A stretch of DNA of 64,000 nt from Chlorokybus atmophyticus (GCA_009103225.1 RHPI01002533.1:1301183-1365182), one strand, 5' to 3'; shown: positions 48,069 to 61,131, counted from the stretch's first letter. The notes: generated by a model from the sequence alone, not told the origin. A program made the numbers and translations.

Positions 48069-51000
48069 ATGGCGGCCTCTGGGGTGATGCCGCCCTACCC
48101 CGAGCGCTTCCACGTCGCAGCAGCCTACGCAGGGATCTCGACCGCAGCGGGAGGGAAGGATGGGGCGGCGGCAGCCTCGGGGAAAGCTGCCGGAGGCGGC
48201 GGGGGGCCCGCCATGACAGACGAGACGCGACTACTCCTGCACTCGCTGTTCCAGCAGGTCAGGAAAAAGAGAATGGCACCGCCATGTTGCGGTTTGATTG
48301 AGTGCCACGGCCAACAATGTGCCTCGAACATGCCAGTGGATCACCTCGTTGCTGCAGCGCAACGCACTTGCCATCACAACATCAGCTTCAAACAACAACA
48401 CACTCTTGTGACCTAGATACCAAGATAAAACCGCTTACAATGCGCTGCACACATTCCACATGCTTGGAGTCATGCCAGTGAGTCATTTCCCAGAGTCAGT
48501 GCCGGAATGCACACAACGTGTTGCGCCTTGTGTTGTTGCACTGAGTGCACTGCAGTGCAAGCTTCATGTTTACGAGCAACTGCAACTGCATGCCACTCAC
48601 TTTCTCAGACAGGTTATGAACAACCTTCTCTGCTGTGTTAGGCGACGGTCGGGCCTTGCGGGGACTCAAAGCCGTGGAGTTGGAACGTCGTGGAAAGGGC
48701 CAAGTGGGAAGGGTAGGTGCATTGCAAACAACAGGTACACAGAGGTCCACATGCGCATGTAGTAACGTTTTGTCCCTCTGCGCAGGTGGAAGCAGCTTGG
48801 GCAAATGCCCGCAGTTGAGGCCATGCGCCTGTTTGTGCGCACCCTTGAGGTGAGCTTTTACTTTATGCAGTTGTGTGGTACACTTGTGCGCGCGCATGGT
48901 ACGACATTAACATGCACCAACACATTACGCACATTGTGTAACAGGAGGAGCAGCCGGATTGGTGGACCAAGTCAGAAGCGGTGCGTTGTAGCACATTGCT
49001 GTGTGTTTGTCATGGCTAGCAGCGCAACCTTTTGTGCACTCCATTCAAACAGTCACCATTGTTTCTTGTGTATAATAGCTGAGGAGCCCCGTGACGCCGC
49101 CCGTGGCCAACGGGAACGCGGCAGACCACCACGACACGGCGGGGAGCGCGGGTCCCAGTGGCTCGAGCGACCGCGAACAACACGCGAGCCTGCCCGAGGG
49201 TCTTGCCGCCGTGCGCACACTCGACTGCTGGATCGCCCCCTTCCTTATCGGGAGAAAACCCACACCGCGCTACCAGGTACGTATTAACATGGCATAGGGT
49301 TATAGCCGGGTTTCATAAAACTAACCAGCATTCATCTAATGTCCCTTAATATGCGAGTGCACTACAGCGCTGTGGTTAAACTCAACTGATGCCTGTCGTG
49401 TGCAGCACGCGTCGGTGGTGGTTGGCGATAAGATGTATGTCATCGGCGGCAACAGCTTTGGGCGTTACTTGAACGACGTGGCGGTGCTGGACCTGGTCAA
49501 CTTGAGCTGGTCGCGCGTGGACGCCACAGCATCCCAACAAGTCTCACCATCATCAGCAGCAGGAAACGACACTGCTGAGAAGTCCACAACCCCGCCGCTT
49601 CCGGCGTGCGCCGGCCACGACCTCATTGCGTGGGACGGCAAGCAGATACTCCTCATCGGCGGGCACAGCAAGCAGCCGGCTGCAACGGTCTCCGTGCGAG
49701 CTCTTGACACGGAAGCCATGGCGTGGTCCGTGTTGGACGTGACGGGCAAGCTTCCCGTCGCGCGGGGGGGACACACCGCCGTGCGGGCGGGCTCGAGAGT
49801 GATCCTGTTCGGAGGTGAAACGCGTGACAGGCGCCTGCTCAACGACGTGCATGTGCTCGAGTTGAACACAATGACGTGGTCGGCGTTGGAGACGACGGGA
49901 AAGGCACCCTCCCCACGCTGCGATCACGTCGCCACGGTCGTGGCCAACAGGTACATGTTCGTGTTCGGTGGCGGGTCCCACTCGGTGTGCTACAACGACC
50001 TCCACGTGTTGGATTTGGAGGACAACATGTGGCGGACGCCCGAATGCAAAGGCTCCCCGCCGTCCGCGCGTGCAGGCCACGCCAGCGCGACGATTGGCGA
50101 CAAGTGGTACGTTGTGGGCGGCGGGAACAACGCGACGGGGCTGACCGACACGGTGTCGCTGGACACGACATCGTATACGTGGAGCTCTGTGGCCACCGCA
50201 CCGCCGCGGACGGCTATTGCAAGTGAGGGACTCACTGTCGCGGCCGTGCCTGGCGCAGACGGCTGCCTCGTCGCCTTTGGGGGATACAACGGCAAGTACA
50301 GCAGCGACACGCACGTGTTCAAGCCCACGCCCGTGAGACACGCTTCTCCCAGACAAGCAGCGGTGGCATCATTTGCAGCAGCAAGTGTGTCCGACTCGGC
50401 ACAGCAGCAAAGAATCGAAGTAAACGACCGTACAGAGCCTGCTACTAATACAACTCAGAAAGAAGCTGTGGCGTCCAATGGCCACGAGTTGAAGCTTGTT
50501 GGTGATAGCAGCAGCAAGACAGCAGCGGCGTCCCAATCGGTGGAAGTGAAGCCGCAGCAGGTTGAGAAGCGTGCGGAACAACAGGCGTCGGGAGACAAGG
50601 CGGTGGCCGTGCTGTTTGAGCAAGTCAGCTCGTTGACTGCGGCGCGGGACGCCGCGCAGCAGGAGGTGGCTTCGCTGAGGAAACAGCTGCAAGAAGCAAG
50701 ACTGGCAGCGGCTCAGAGTGACACGGTTAGCCGATCGTCCCCTTTGGCTGACCTCGCGTGTTTGGGTCTTGTGTGGGTTACTTACACTTTTCCTTGTCAT
50801 GGCAGGATGCCACCGCAGCGCGTGACGAGTTGGCTTCAGAGCGCGCAAAGACTTTCAGACTGGAGGTGCATGTGTTTCCATTGCTCAAACAAGAACACAA
50901 ACTGTTGTTTGTTTGTCCAGGCTGCCTGGTCGTTTGGGAGTAACACCTACTGTCTGCGCTTCCATCACACATGTCGAGTGGCAGTCTCATTCGTGCTGAA

Positions 51001-51210
51001 GTTGCAACTGCTCTACAGGTTGAGGTGGCGGAGCTGCGGCAACGGCTCACGCGGGCGGAAACCCTATCCCGCGAGTTGGAGGTTGCGAGGAGGCGAGAGC
51101 AGGAGCTCACGCAGGCCGCGGCCGCGCAGAAACAATCGTCGGGCGGGTTGTGGAACTGGATCGCGCCGCAGCCGCCCGCCGGCAAGTCCTCCAACAGCGA
51201 GGAGAGCTAG
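48069..51210 (+). CDS. ACBP4: Acyl-CoA-binding domain + kelch repeats + C-terminal coiled coil (ACBP4/5 type), about 9 exons
   Basis: YPERFHVAAAY, LLLHSLFQQATVGPC...PWSWNVVERAKW, EAMRLFVRTLEEEQPDW, kelch repeats (MYVIGG, ILLIGG, VILFGG, MFVFGG, WYVVGG, LVAFGGYNG), KTFRLEVEVAELRQRL and SGGLWNWIA. Confidence 0.95.
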
Positions 51211-51977
51211 CCAGTAACGGCGCACGGACTATATACGCTTGTAACGTTACAGGGTATGCTGTGATTGAGTGGGGTTGGGTGCGAGGCGTACATTCGCAGC
51301 ATAAGGAGAAGTTTTGCCACTCATTGCGCAAGAAAATGGATACGATGTTGCTTACTGCTGGAAGTCTGTGATGCGAAAGACAACTTGCCATGCATGACCC
51401 GCTGGCGACAGAGTGAAATGGCGGAACGCTGATACTATCTGTGCAAATAATAGTTTGAACATTGCGCACTCATGATCCCTTGCAGTCAACTTAATGCTGC
51501 CCGCTAGATAGTGGCGAAACCACTTTCATCCCATGTAGGCTTGGTGCGGTGCACCGCCGCAGCACGTCCTACTGTGTCTACACCATGCGCACTGCAAGTA
51601 GTTATACCTGACAAGTGTGCCTGCTCACTTCCATACGCAGCAAGTCATGACCACTTGCGCGCAGTCCAATGCCCATAACGCCATCGTCAATGTGCTGCAG
51701 AACATGGTTATCATCAGTCTTATCGACATTGTTTACATGTTCAATCATCATTGTCAATTTAAACATGTGCTGTGACACAGGCTTGCTCGCTGGCTTTGCT
51801 TGCGCTGACTGCACTTCCCCTGGCCTGCTTTTGGTGTTGTGCCGTCTCAAGCTCTAGCGGTTTGCCTCTGTGCGCCATGCTCTGAGGCTCAACTGGTGTC
51901 GGCAGGAGCACACAGGCCAGCAAGCACACATGGATTCTCAGCTGCCTCTGTATGTGAGGAAGCCACTTGACGACGGT

Positions 51978-54381
51978 TCATGCCAGTGCGGTGCGACGCG
52001 CGAGTGTATCAAGGTTTGCTTGCGAGAAGTGCTGTATCGTTCGCATCGCTCCCTCCTTGACGAGCAGCCTCAGTTGGTCAGCCACTTCGCCGCAGAACTG
52101 CGTGGCATCCATCACCCTTTTCCCGAACGCAGCTTCCAGGAATGGTTTCGGGTCCATCGTGTCGCATGCGGCTTCGGCGAGGGGCCGCAGCTGCTCCCTG
52201 AGTGGGTCCAATACATCGATGGGTGAGTCGCTCTCGTCGCGGCCCGTCATGTAGCGCAGCCAGCCAGCAATGGCGAGCGCCAGAGCCGACACGGGATGGT
52301 TGGAGTCGAGGAGATGGTACACGCAAGGGAGGGCGTATCCGCGGAGCTTGGGCGTACCGTCTTGCGTCAAACGGATGATCTGTGTTGAGACAACCCAACA
52401 GCACGTGTGAAGGTGTGTCGCCAGTCGGTGGTCATGAGGGTGGATGAACAGTGTGAGTGTTCATACCCACCTGATCGCCGATGTACTTGTTACCGAACCG
52501 CTCGAGAAGCTTGTCTCCATACTCTACGACGTCGATGCCCGGCACCTCGGGCAGCGTGGGTATCACCTGCAGACACACGCTGAGAACGAGAGTACGCGTG
52601 CTTGTGCACGACAAGCAAGCACATGCATGTGTGTACCTGCGTCATGTAGGTGCGTACATATCGGTGCATGTGTGTATCGGCCATGGCCTCGTGCACGAGT
52701 CTGAAGCCCGCGAGGTAGCCCGCGTAGCACATGGCTGAGTGTCCTCCGTTGAGCATGCGCAGCTTCATCAACTCGTACGGCTCCACCTCATCCACAACCA
52801 ACACGTTCTCCAACTCTTCCCACGGCGGCCTCCCCATCGAGAACTTGTCCTCAATCACCCACTGGATGTAGTCCTCGGCCGGGACGGGCCACATGTCCAC
52901 GAGGCCGTGCTGTTCTTCAAGCACACGTCTGTCGTGGTCAGATGTGGCGGGCGTGATCCTGTCCACCATCGAGTTGGGGAAGCATGTGTGTTGGCGTATC
53001 CACGCGGCGAGGGTGGGATCGATGCGCTCGGCGAACTGCAGCGTGACGTCGCGCGTGATGTGGCCGTTGCCGGGGAGGTTGTCGCACGACATCACCGTGA
53101 ACGAGGGCGTGTTGTTGTCCCGCCTTCTTGCCAGGGCCGACACGACATAGCCAACAGCTGTGATAGGGTTGTCTCTATTGGCCTCGGTGAGGTCGTGCGC
53201 CACGCTCGGGTGGTCCCAATCCAACGTGTGCGTGGTCGCGTTGTAATGGTATCCTTTTTCAGTAACTGTCAACGTGACTATGCGCGTGCGCGGGTCCGCC
53301 ATCTGCGCGATGAGGCGCTCCGGTTGTTTGACAGCGTGTATGAAGTCCACGATAGAGCCGACGACGCGTGGTTTGCGCGGACCCGCTGGGCCGCGCACGA
53401 GCAGCGTGTAGAGGTTGTCTTGTTCATGCATGGTCTCGGCCATGGCGACGTCGGAGTCGAGGAGACCCGCGCCGCAGATGCCCCACTCGCGCATGGCAGT
53501 GTCGGAGCCGTGCTTGCGAAGGAGGTCGTCCGCGTACACGGCCTGGTGAGAGCGGTGGAAGTTGCCGACGCCAAGGTGCACGATGCCCTGCGTGCACGCT
53601 GACAACGGTCACAACGGTGCAAGGAGCGGTTTGTCATGGAGGCATAAACTGCGTGTGGTTCGATGATGTCGGGAGCACACATGGTTGCTGCTATGCTTCA
53701 ACATGCAGACCCACAAACAGCATTATGCAACTAGAAGTAGTAGTGCGTGTGCTGTTGCATTGGCGCTGTGCGACTGCAGAACACGAACAACTCGCTGGCA
53801 TGCATTGCGGGAGATGTATGCGTGTGGACAGAATGTCGGTGACCGTGATGGTGTCACTAAGCGTTGTCTTGTCTTGTCGTAAATACGATCGCATGGCCAG
53901 GATGACAGTAGACGCTGCACGCGCAGGGCAACAATGCGCAAAGAGATTGCACGAGAACGCCAACGGCACGCACAAGACCAAGAAGTCTGGAAGAGACCAT
54001 GATGATGAGTGCGGCATTGCCTCGACTGACCAATGCGCATGCAGTCTGGTTTCACTTGCTTATCCATCTACTGGCGGCCCCAATAACGCAGCTGCTCGAG
54101 CGAGCCACGCTGAACGTGCATTGCATTGTCTTCGCCTCCGGGCCTTCTTTTTTTTTCGAAGCAAGTGACTACGAGTAAGGGAGGGGAGAGAGCGAGTGAG
54201 TGAGCACATTCAAGAGATTCACCATGCTGAGTGCTTGTCGGTCATAGCCTGGCACGTCCACGGCGCCCCTCTCCCGGATCGCCTCCAGCTGCGCATGGCA
54301 GAGCTTCAGCGCGGCGGCGGCGGGCCCGTCATCGCCACGACGAGCTGCCGCCTCGCTCCTGCCGCCCTGCTGCTCCTCCAT
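51978..54381 (-). CDS. Long-chain mannitol 2-dehydrogenase family oxidoreductase (MtlK/UxuB/fungal MDH-like), 4 exons
   Basis: PGYDR, GIVHLGVGNFHRSHQA, TLTVTEKGY, VMSCDNLPGNG, FPNSMVDRITP, QWVIEDKF, YELMKLRMLNGGH, LLERFGN and DGTPKL. Confidence 0.94.
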
Positions 54382-54553
54382 CCCGCCGCCTACTCCCCGC
54401 CTGTCTACCCATGGGTGCATGCGATTGTGAATGCGTCGCAAATCACCTCGCAAAAGGTTGTTGGTGGTGGTGAGCCGGCGCGGCGGGGAGGGAGCAGCAG
54501 CGGCAGCAGCAGCAGCAGCGGCGGCGCTGGGCGTTGAGGACGGAGGAGGAGCG

Positions 54554-57500
54554 ATGGGCTGCGGTGGCGTGGAGCCCGCGGAGGGGGCGGCGTCGTCCGC
54601 CTACCCGCTCATGTCCGTCGCGCAGGCAACAGAAGCCGTCCTGTCGGCCATATCGACACTGCAGCCAAAACGGGTGGGGCAGTCTCCCATGGACACGCTG
54701 CTGCCTTTGCTTGCTGGCAGCAGCAGTGCTAACGTCTCGCATCCATCACTACTCTTAGCAGTCATGCTGTAGAGACCGCGTTTCGTCACCCAATGTACAA
54801 GTCTGTCGTTGTGTGAGTACAAGTATATAGGTAGGCAGTTTTGTGGCTGATACATCGCTCTTATCGTACATACATGACGTTGGCTGCTTCGGGTTGACTG
54901 CGTGTGGCAGAGTCGTCATCACCCAGTCTCATCCTGCGCTGCGTCACGTGCATACGCGTACAGCCTAAAGCACACGCAACATTCATTTCAATACGCCAGT
55001 CTCGCAGGCAATCGCAGCAACCAATAAGCACACGGCTGTTTGTTCGCTGCATGCGCTTGCCTCATCCCAAGCACTTGCTCGGAGTGCAACCAGATGCATG
55101 GGCATCGACAATGAGGTGTTTCGCCTTGACAATGTTAGGGCCCAGGCACTGCCCCCAACCACACAGCTTGGCAAGGCTTGTGTCTGTGCTCGCATGTGTG
55201 TGTGACGGCCGCGTGCATGCGTTCAGGTGCCCCTGTCGGAGGCGTTGGGCTCGGTGCTGGCCGAAGACGTGTACGCACCGGAGCCACTGCCGCCCTTCCC
55301 AGCATCCATCAAGGTACCGCCGTTGGTTGCACTTAGATCCCGACCACATTCGCATTCCGGGCGCCCGTTTGGGGCCGTAAGCCATTGTCGGGTCTCTGCA
55401 ATGGCATACAGCTGTTATTTACCAGTTGTTCGGTGTTGGCTGCCAGGATGGTTATGCGGTCGTGTCGAGCGACGGGCCGGGCGAGTACCCCGTCATCGCG
55501 GAGATGCGCGCGGGCGTGGCACCGGGCGTGTCCGTCAAGCCCGGGGAAGTCGCCTACATCACCACAGGAGGTGAGAGACAGAGCCGTGGGTTTCGTCTTG
55601 AGGAGGTGGGTTGATCGCTCACGTCCAATCTGGTCTTTGCGCAGGACCGATGCCGCCTGGTGCGGACGCCGTGCTGATGGTGGAGCGCACGGTGGACGTG
55701 CCAGCCGCAAGTGGCAACAGTGCTCATCACGTCCGACGGGTCAAGATTCTCGACGCCGTCAAGCCCGGACAAGATGTCCGCCCCGTGGTGAGCTTGGCCT
55801 CTGACTTGCTCCATATCATGCGAACGACGAGCGTGTGTGCAAACACGTGTGTCGTGGGCAGGGTTCGGACATAGCGCAGGGTGAGACGGTGCTGCAGGCG
55901 GGAGAGCGACTGATGCCGTCTGAGATAGGCATCCTCGCCACCGTCGGCGCCTCGGTTGTGTCGGTGGTGCCGCAGCCACTCGTGGCGGTGCTGTCCACAG
56001 GCGACGAGCTCGTCGAGACCGCCAGCTCGCTCGGACCAGGACAGGTGCATACACTTCATAGACTAGAGCCAGTGTGTGTGTGTGTTGGTTGACATGACGT
56101 CCCACGACATGCGTGCGCGTGTGCATGCAGATCCGCGACGCCAACCGGTACACTCTGCTGGCCGCAGCGACTGCCGCGGGCGCAAGAACGCTCGACCTAG
56201 GCATAGCCAAAGACACCGAAGAGGCGAGTCCGTGCGTGCGGTGGTGTGTGTCTGAATTACCTTACCATGCACGCGTGTCCACCACACCATTGTGGACATG
56301 CAGCAGGGCTTTGGCTGCGGCTGACTGCCGAGGGTTGTTACCGGACAGGCATTGGAAGGCAAGCTGCAGCAGGCGCTGGCGGCCGGTGCCAACATCTTGC
56401 TGACGACGGGAGGCGTGTCCATGGGAGACAGGGACCTCGTCAAGCCGCTGTTGGAGCGACGAGGCAACGTGCACTTCGGCAGGGTGGGTGGTGTGTGAGC
56501 CACGCAGTTAGCCTCCTCACAGCTGTCTGTAACGACGTTGTGTATGACACGTTGTTCCATCTCAGGTGTTGATGAAGCCCGGTAAGCCGTTGACGTTTGC
56601 GAGCGTGTCTGGCGAGTCGTCGCCTCTGTACGCGTTTGGTCTTCCCGGCAACCCCGTGAGCGCGGCCGTCACGTTCAGCCTCGTGGTGCTGCCCGCCGTA
56701 CGCAAGCTCGCAGGATGGCGCAACCCCCAACTCCGCAGGCAAGCAGGACACCATCACATTGCATCGTCACAGTGCGTCCTGCACATAGTGTGCATTGCGG
56801 ATTATGCTCACGCGTGCGGTGTGGGCGCGAAAAACAGAGTACGAGTGCGTTTGGCCAACGACATAGCTCTGGACCACGAGAGGCCCGAGTACCACCGCGC
56901 AACACTGCAGTGGGAGACCGTGGACGGATACGACGGGTGCGTCTGCATGGCAATGACAATGCCGAATGATGTAAGCTGACTGCGCCGTGTTTGTGTCAGT
57001 CTTGTGGCGTACAGCACGGGTCGCCAGATCAGCAGCCGCCTGCTGAGCATGCGCAACGCCACCGCGCTGCTCGAGCTGCCGCGCGCATCCGGAATCCTCA
57101 AATCCGGGACCATGGTGTCCGCGCTTCTCATCGCTGACATGTCCGCTATCGCGTCCTCACTCACGGAGCCAGCCGAACCCAACCCAGGACCTCAAGCACC
57201 AAGTGAGTGTTGCGCGTGCGTCTGCGTGTGCGCCACACGCACGCGGTCCACCACCACTCGTGGGTGTGGGTGTTGTGGCTGATGGCCTGCCACCCGTCGC
57301 AGGCAAGGATGCGGAGCATGTTGTGGCGCACGGCTGTCACGCACACACCGGCACGGCTCCCCCCATGGCTGGTGGCCGTCGTCGCTCGCTGGTGATCCCC
57401 AACCCGGCGTCCGACCCCCGCGTGTCCAGCATCGTGCACAGTCGTCACAACGCGCTGCTGAGCGGCAGCGACGGCGCCGAGCGGCTCGCAGAAGGCGCGT

Positions 57501-58066
57501 TGGGAGAAAGGACAGACAGCCCGCCTCCACCACAACCTGGCGTGCGCGTGGCCGTGTTGACCGTGAGCGACACGGTGTCGAGGGGAGAGGGACCCGACAG
57601 GAGTGGTCCCGCGGCCGTGGCCGCCATCGCCGTGCACGCGGATGCTCTCGGGGGTGCGCAGGTCGTGGACACGGCCGTAGTGCCGGACGACGTGATCGAG
57701 ATCCAGGGCGTGCTGCGACGATGGTGCGACTTCGGCGAGGTCGATCTCGTGCTCACGTGTGGTGGCACGGGCTTCGCCCCACGTGATGTCACGCCCGAGG
57801 CCACCAAACCCCTGCTGCAGAAGGACGCGCCGGGCCTGGTGGCCGTCATGCTCAACGAGAGCCTCAAGGTGGTGCCCACCGCCATGCTATCGCGCCCGGC
57901 CGCGGGCATCAGGAACGCCACGCTCATCGTCAACATGCCGGGAAACCCAAAGGCCGCAGGAGAGTGTCTCGGGTTCCTCATGCCGGCGCTGCCGCACGCG
58001 CTCAAGCTCATACGACAAGGACGCGACCCAGGACATGCACGCCACCTCCCGCACGCCCAAGGCTAA
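54554..58066 (+). CDS. CNX1: Molybdenum cofactor biosynthesis protein CNX1 (N-terminal E/MoeA domain, C-terminal G/MogA domain), about 11 exons
   Basis: [119 protein letters not shown] and NMPGNPKA. Confidence 0.96.
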
Positions 58067-59056
58067 ATGTGACTGTTGAAGAGCTCGGTAAGCAGACCAT
58101 CGGGATCATATATCTGGCTGCGAACAACGTGTTGTCACGCACTTACTGAAGTTGGAGCCTGAGCCTCTTTCTTCATTCGGTAGCAGTGTATGTAAGTTTT
58201 CCTCTTTGTCTCATATCAATCCATGGCACTGTGGATGTTAGAAGTGCAGTGGAAAAGGGTTGCCTTATATTATAGATGTCTTTTTGCCGATCTGCAGATG
58301 GTAGCTTTGATGGTCTCTGATATCCTTCACCCCTTTCCTTGGTTGCTGCTTCACTTGAGATCTTACCAGTATCTTTAAGTCTTGGCTTAAGCATAGCTCA
58401 AGGCGTGCTATGGTTAGTGAATCAAAACTGGTATCGCGGCTAGCCTCACCCTATGTCTCGCTTTTGGAAGTAGATAGCAAAGCTGACTACTACAATTGCT
58501 GTCAAACTAGTTCACTTCATATGTGCGTGTGCAATGTTTGGCAAATGGTATCACATTGAGTATGATAGTTATCACATTGTAACGGTATCATAATGTCATT
58601 GAGCGCGATAACAATGATTACAGTACGAAGCTTAAGCCACTGGGCTATGGCAGCAAAAGTCGTTGCCATAAGAGAAGCTACACATGTCCCCCATTTATGT
58701 CTTATATACCACATACGTCGCAACAACCCATCATCAGCTTGATCGTTACAAAGGTTGTAACTACAGTATATGCCGCTGTGGATAAGCATTGAACTCGTCT
58801 CGTTAGTGATGTTGCGAGCTACACTTGATGTCCCGCGCCAGACCCATATGCTAAAAATACACTTGCAAACAACCACATATACATGATGCGGCGTCATACA
58901 CCAACATTACGCAAATCGAAAATAAGTAGTGAAGTGGCAGTTTTCAGCCCTCATGCACACACATGCAAGCTTCACATAGACATCTATAAAACACCAAGTA
59001 CAACAATGTGCGCACATGCACCTGCATGCCAATTCAAAGAGGCAAACAAAATTCAA

Positions 59057-59233
59057 TTGAGACTGAGCTTAACTTAAGCTTAGCCTCAAGTATTAAGGTT
59101 GCCGAGTGTATGTTATCTTACGGTAAGGCAACAAAGTTACACTCGATGTAAGGTTTTTAAGTAATGGCTACGCTGCGCTGCCAGCGCGTCATAGTCTCAA
59201 TGAGACTATGACTACGTCATTCACGAACAGCGT
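59057..59233. repeat. Cluster of short-loop inverted repeats in AT-rich intergenic DNA
   Basis: TTGAGACTGAGCTTAA-C-TTAAGCTTAGCCTCAA (59057), CGAGTGTA...TACACTCG (59103) and GTCATAGTCTCA-A-TGAGACTATGAC (59188). Confidence 0.75.
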
Positions 59234-59609
59234 CGGCATGCCATACATGCGCATTACGCGTGCCTTATGCATTTGGTGATTGCTTATGGCCGCGCAATTG
59301 CAAGCCTTAAGCCGTAGGCTATGATTGATGTATACACCAATTGTTCAATGCTGAGTATCGTTGCAATAAATGCTATTACTTGAGCATATACGTCAATTGT
59401 CAAGCTATGAAAAACAAAGCGCTGTGGTTACATGCAATTGTACCCCTACTGTTCAACTTCAACAGAATGACTTGCTTACAAGTGGATAACTAGCCTTGCC
59501 TCCACATGCATAGCATCAACACATGTGCATCACCAACCTTTTTTAACATACATAACACCACAAATGAAATGAGACAGAAGTGCAAAGAAAACACTGCTTT
59601 TAACAAGGG

Positions 59610-60140
59610 CTATGTCACACACTACATGCACATGCATGTGCGCGCGGAGGATAACCCTACGCACATGCACCAAGGCTTGCTTCTAGCAAACAGCCGCGAC
59701 GGCAGATGTGTTGACGCACCAAAATTGTGTGTTTGCGCTTTTGTGTGTGCACAAGCGTGCACACACACATGCACACGCGCATGTGTAAGCATAAACACGC
59801 GCACATGCACGCATGCACGGTGGACTCAACGATCATCCATTTGAGAGCTTAAATGCCTACACAAGCATGGGCACACATGACATGCATACATGTGTCACAT
59901 GTATGCACGCAAATCTTAACTTGCAACCGCAAACAAGTGCTGTACTTCAAGCAAAATGTTTGTGAAAGTGCGCATACGCGTGGTTCACGCAAGCAAATGC
60001 TTTTATACATACATAATGCACGCACATACGCATACCAAATATCTGAACACTTTGTATGCACACACTTATGCATGCATACATGCATGCATACATACACGCA
60101 CATCAACAACAGTGCGCATGCACAACACGGGCGCATGTGC
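59610..60140. repeat. Low-complexity alternating purine/pyrimidine (CATG/TGCA/CACA-rich) tract
   Basis: For example gcacacacacatgcacacgcgcatgtg and catgcatacatgcatgcatacatacacgcac. Similar tracts occur at 11640-11880, 22450-22540 and 38330-38430. Confidence 0.7.
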
Positions 60141-60167
60141 ATGATAACATCTTCAAATGTGCAATGA

Positions 60168-60209
60168 TTGCAAACTTATGCGCTATCATCCTAGCGCATA
60201 AGTTTGCAA
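60168..60209. other. Perfect 18-bp inverted repeat with a 6-nt loop
   Basis: TTGCAAACTTATGCGCTA, loop TCATCC, TAGCGCATAAGTTTGCAA. Confidence 0.92.
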
Positions 60210-60639
60210 GTTGTGTGCGCGGTGGTGATGTGCTATATAAATCAGCATGCATGGCCAATAATTTGTCGCCATGTTAGATGTGAGAAGTTTATTTGGCACC
60301 ATATCTCGTCGTTTGGCAATATGAGATTTCATCATGCTTTGTCTGCATGCGTATCAATTATTGAGCTATTGGTTTTTATATGTTATGTTTAAAACATTAA
60401 AATATACGACAGTACGACACCAAACGATGCGTGACATTTACATTGGTTAACATGCACTCCACTTGAATTTGGTGTTGCATGTTTCATGTAAGGTATTTAA
60501 GTGTAAACGTGATGATAATGCAATCTTGACGTAAATGAGGCATCCATTGTGAAATCATTGTATGCAAGTTTTACGCATAGGCATAAGCTTGTTGCAACAT
60601 TGTTGTAATTGTAAGCATTGCCACAAATGCCAACACTGA

Positions 60640-61110
60640 CAACCAAACGATAGAGAATGCAGATTCCATGCGATGACATGTGTGGAAGCTTTCATGAGTG
60701 CTTTTTGTACCGAATGCATGGGTGCCACGTTGGCAGAGGACACGCAGTGCGGCTGCGCACAAGGCTGGCACAGGCCGCAGGTTTTTCTGGCACCACTCGT
60801 TGCCTCCCGCACCCGGCCGCCCAATCACAGCCCTGCAATATTCTGTCACCAAACTCTTTTCATAAAACTCGATGTCGGGCAGGCCGTAGCCCTGCGCAGG
60901 CCTACATCCGGTTAAAGCTTTGCAGCTCAAGTCCGATTTTCTCCATCAAAGGTTGTCCCACTAACCAAGAGTTTGGCTCTAATCCTGGCGTCTCAGTTCC
61001 GTCACAGCTGCTAGCGGTTAACATTGACCGAACTGAGGTCAGTATTTCAGTCTGTGGACACCCCCACGCTTCCTTATCTATCCATCTGACTGGTTGAATA
61101 TTCAGCGCGA
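60640..61110 (-). pseudogene. Possible degenerate hAT transposase C-terminal (dimerisation-domain) relic, frameshifted
   Basis: NEWCQKNLRPVPALCAAALRVL...ESAFS resembles W(W)xxN...PxLxxxAxxVL...ERxFS. An upstream ELQSF block lies in another frame. No TIR or TSD was found. Confidence 0.33.
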
Positions 61111-61131
61111 TACGACCGGGCACAGCAAGTT

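Noticed and set aside
52739-53602. 287-aa plus-strand ORF and other long antisense or alternate-frame ORFs (e.g. 49553-50356, 62587-63291, 57445-58011, 34008-34889)
   Set aside because: These are shadow ORFs opposite GC3-rich real exons, with no recognisable motifs and no independent splice or promoter signals.
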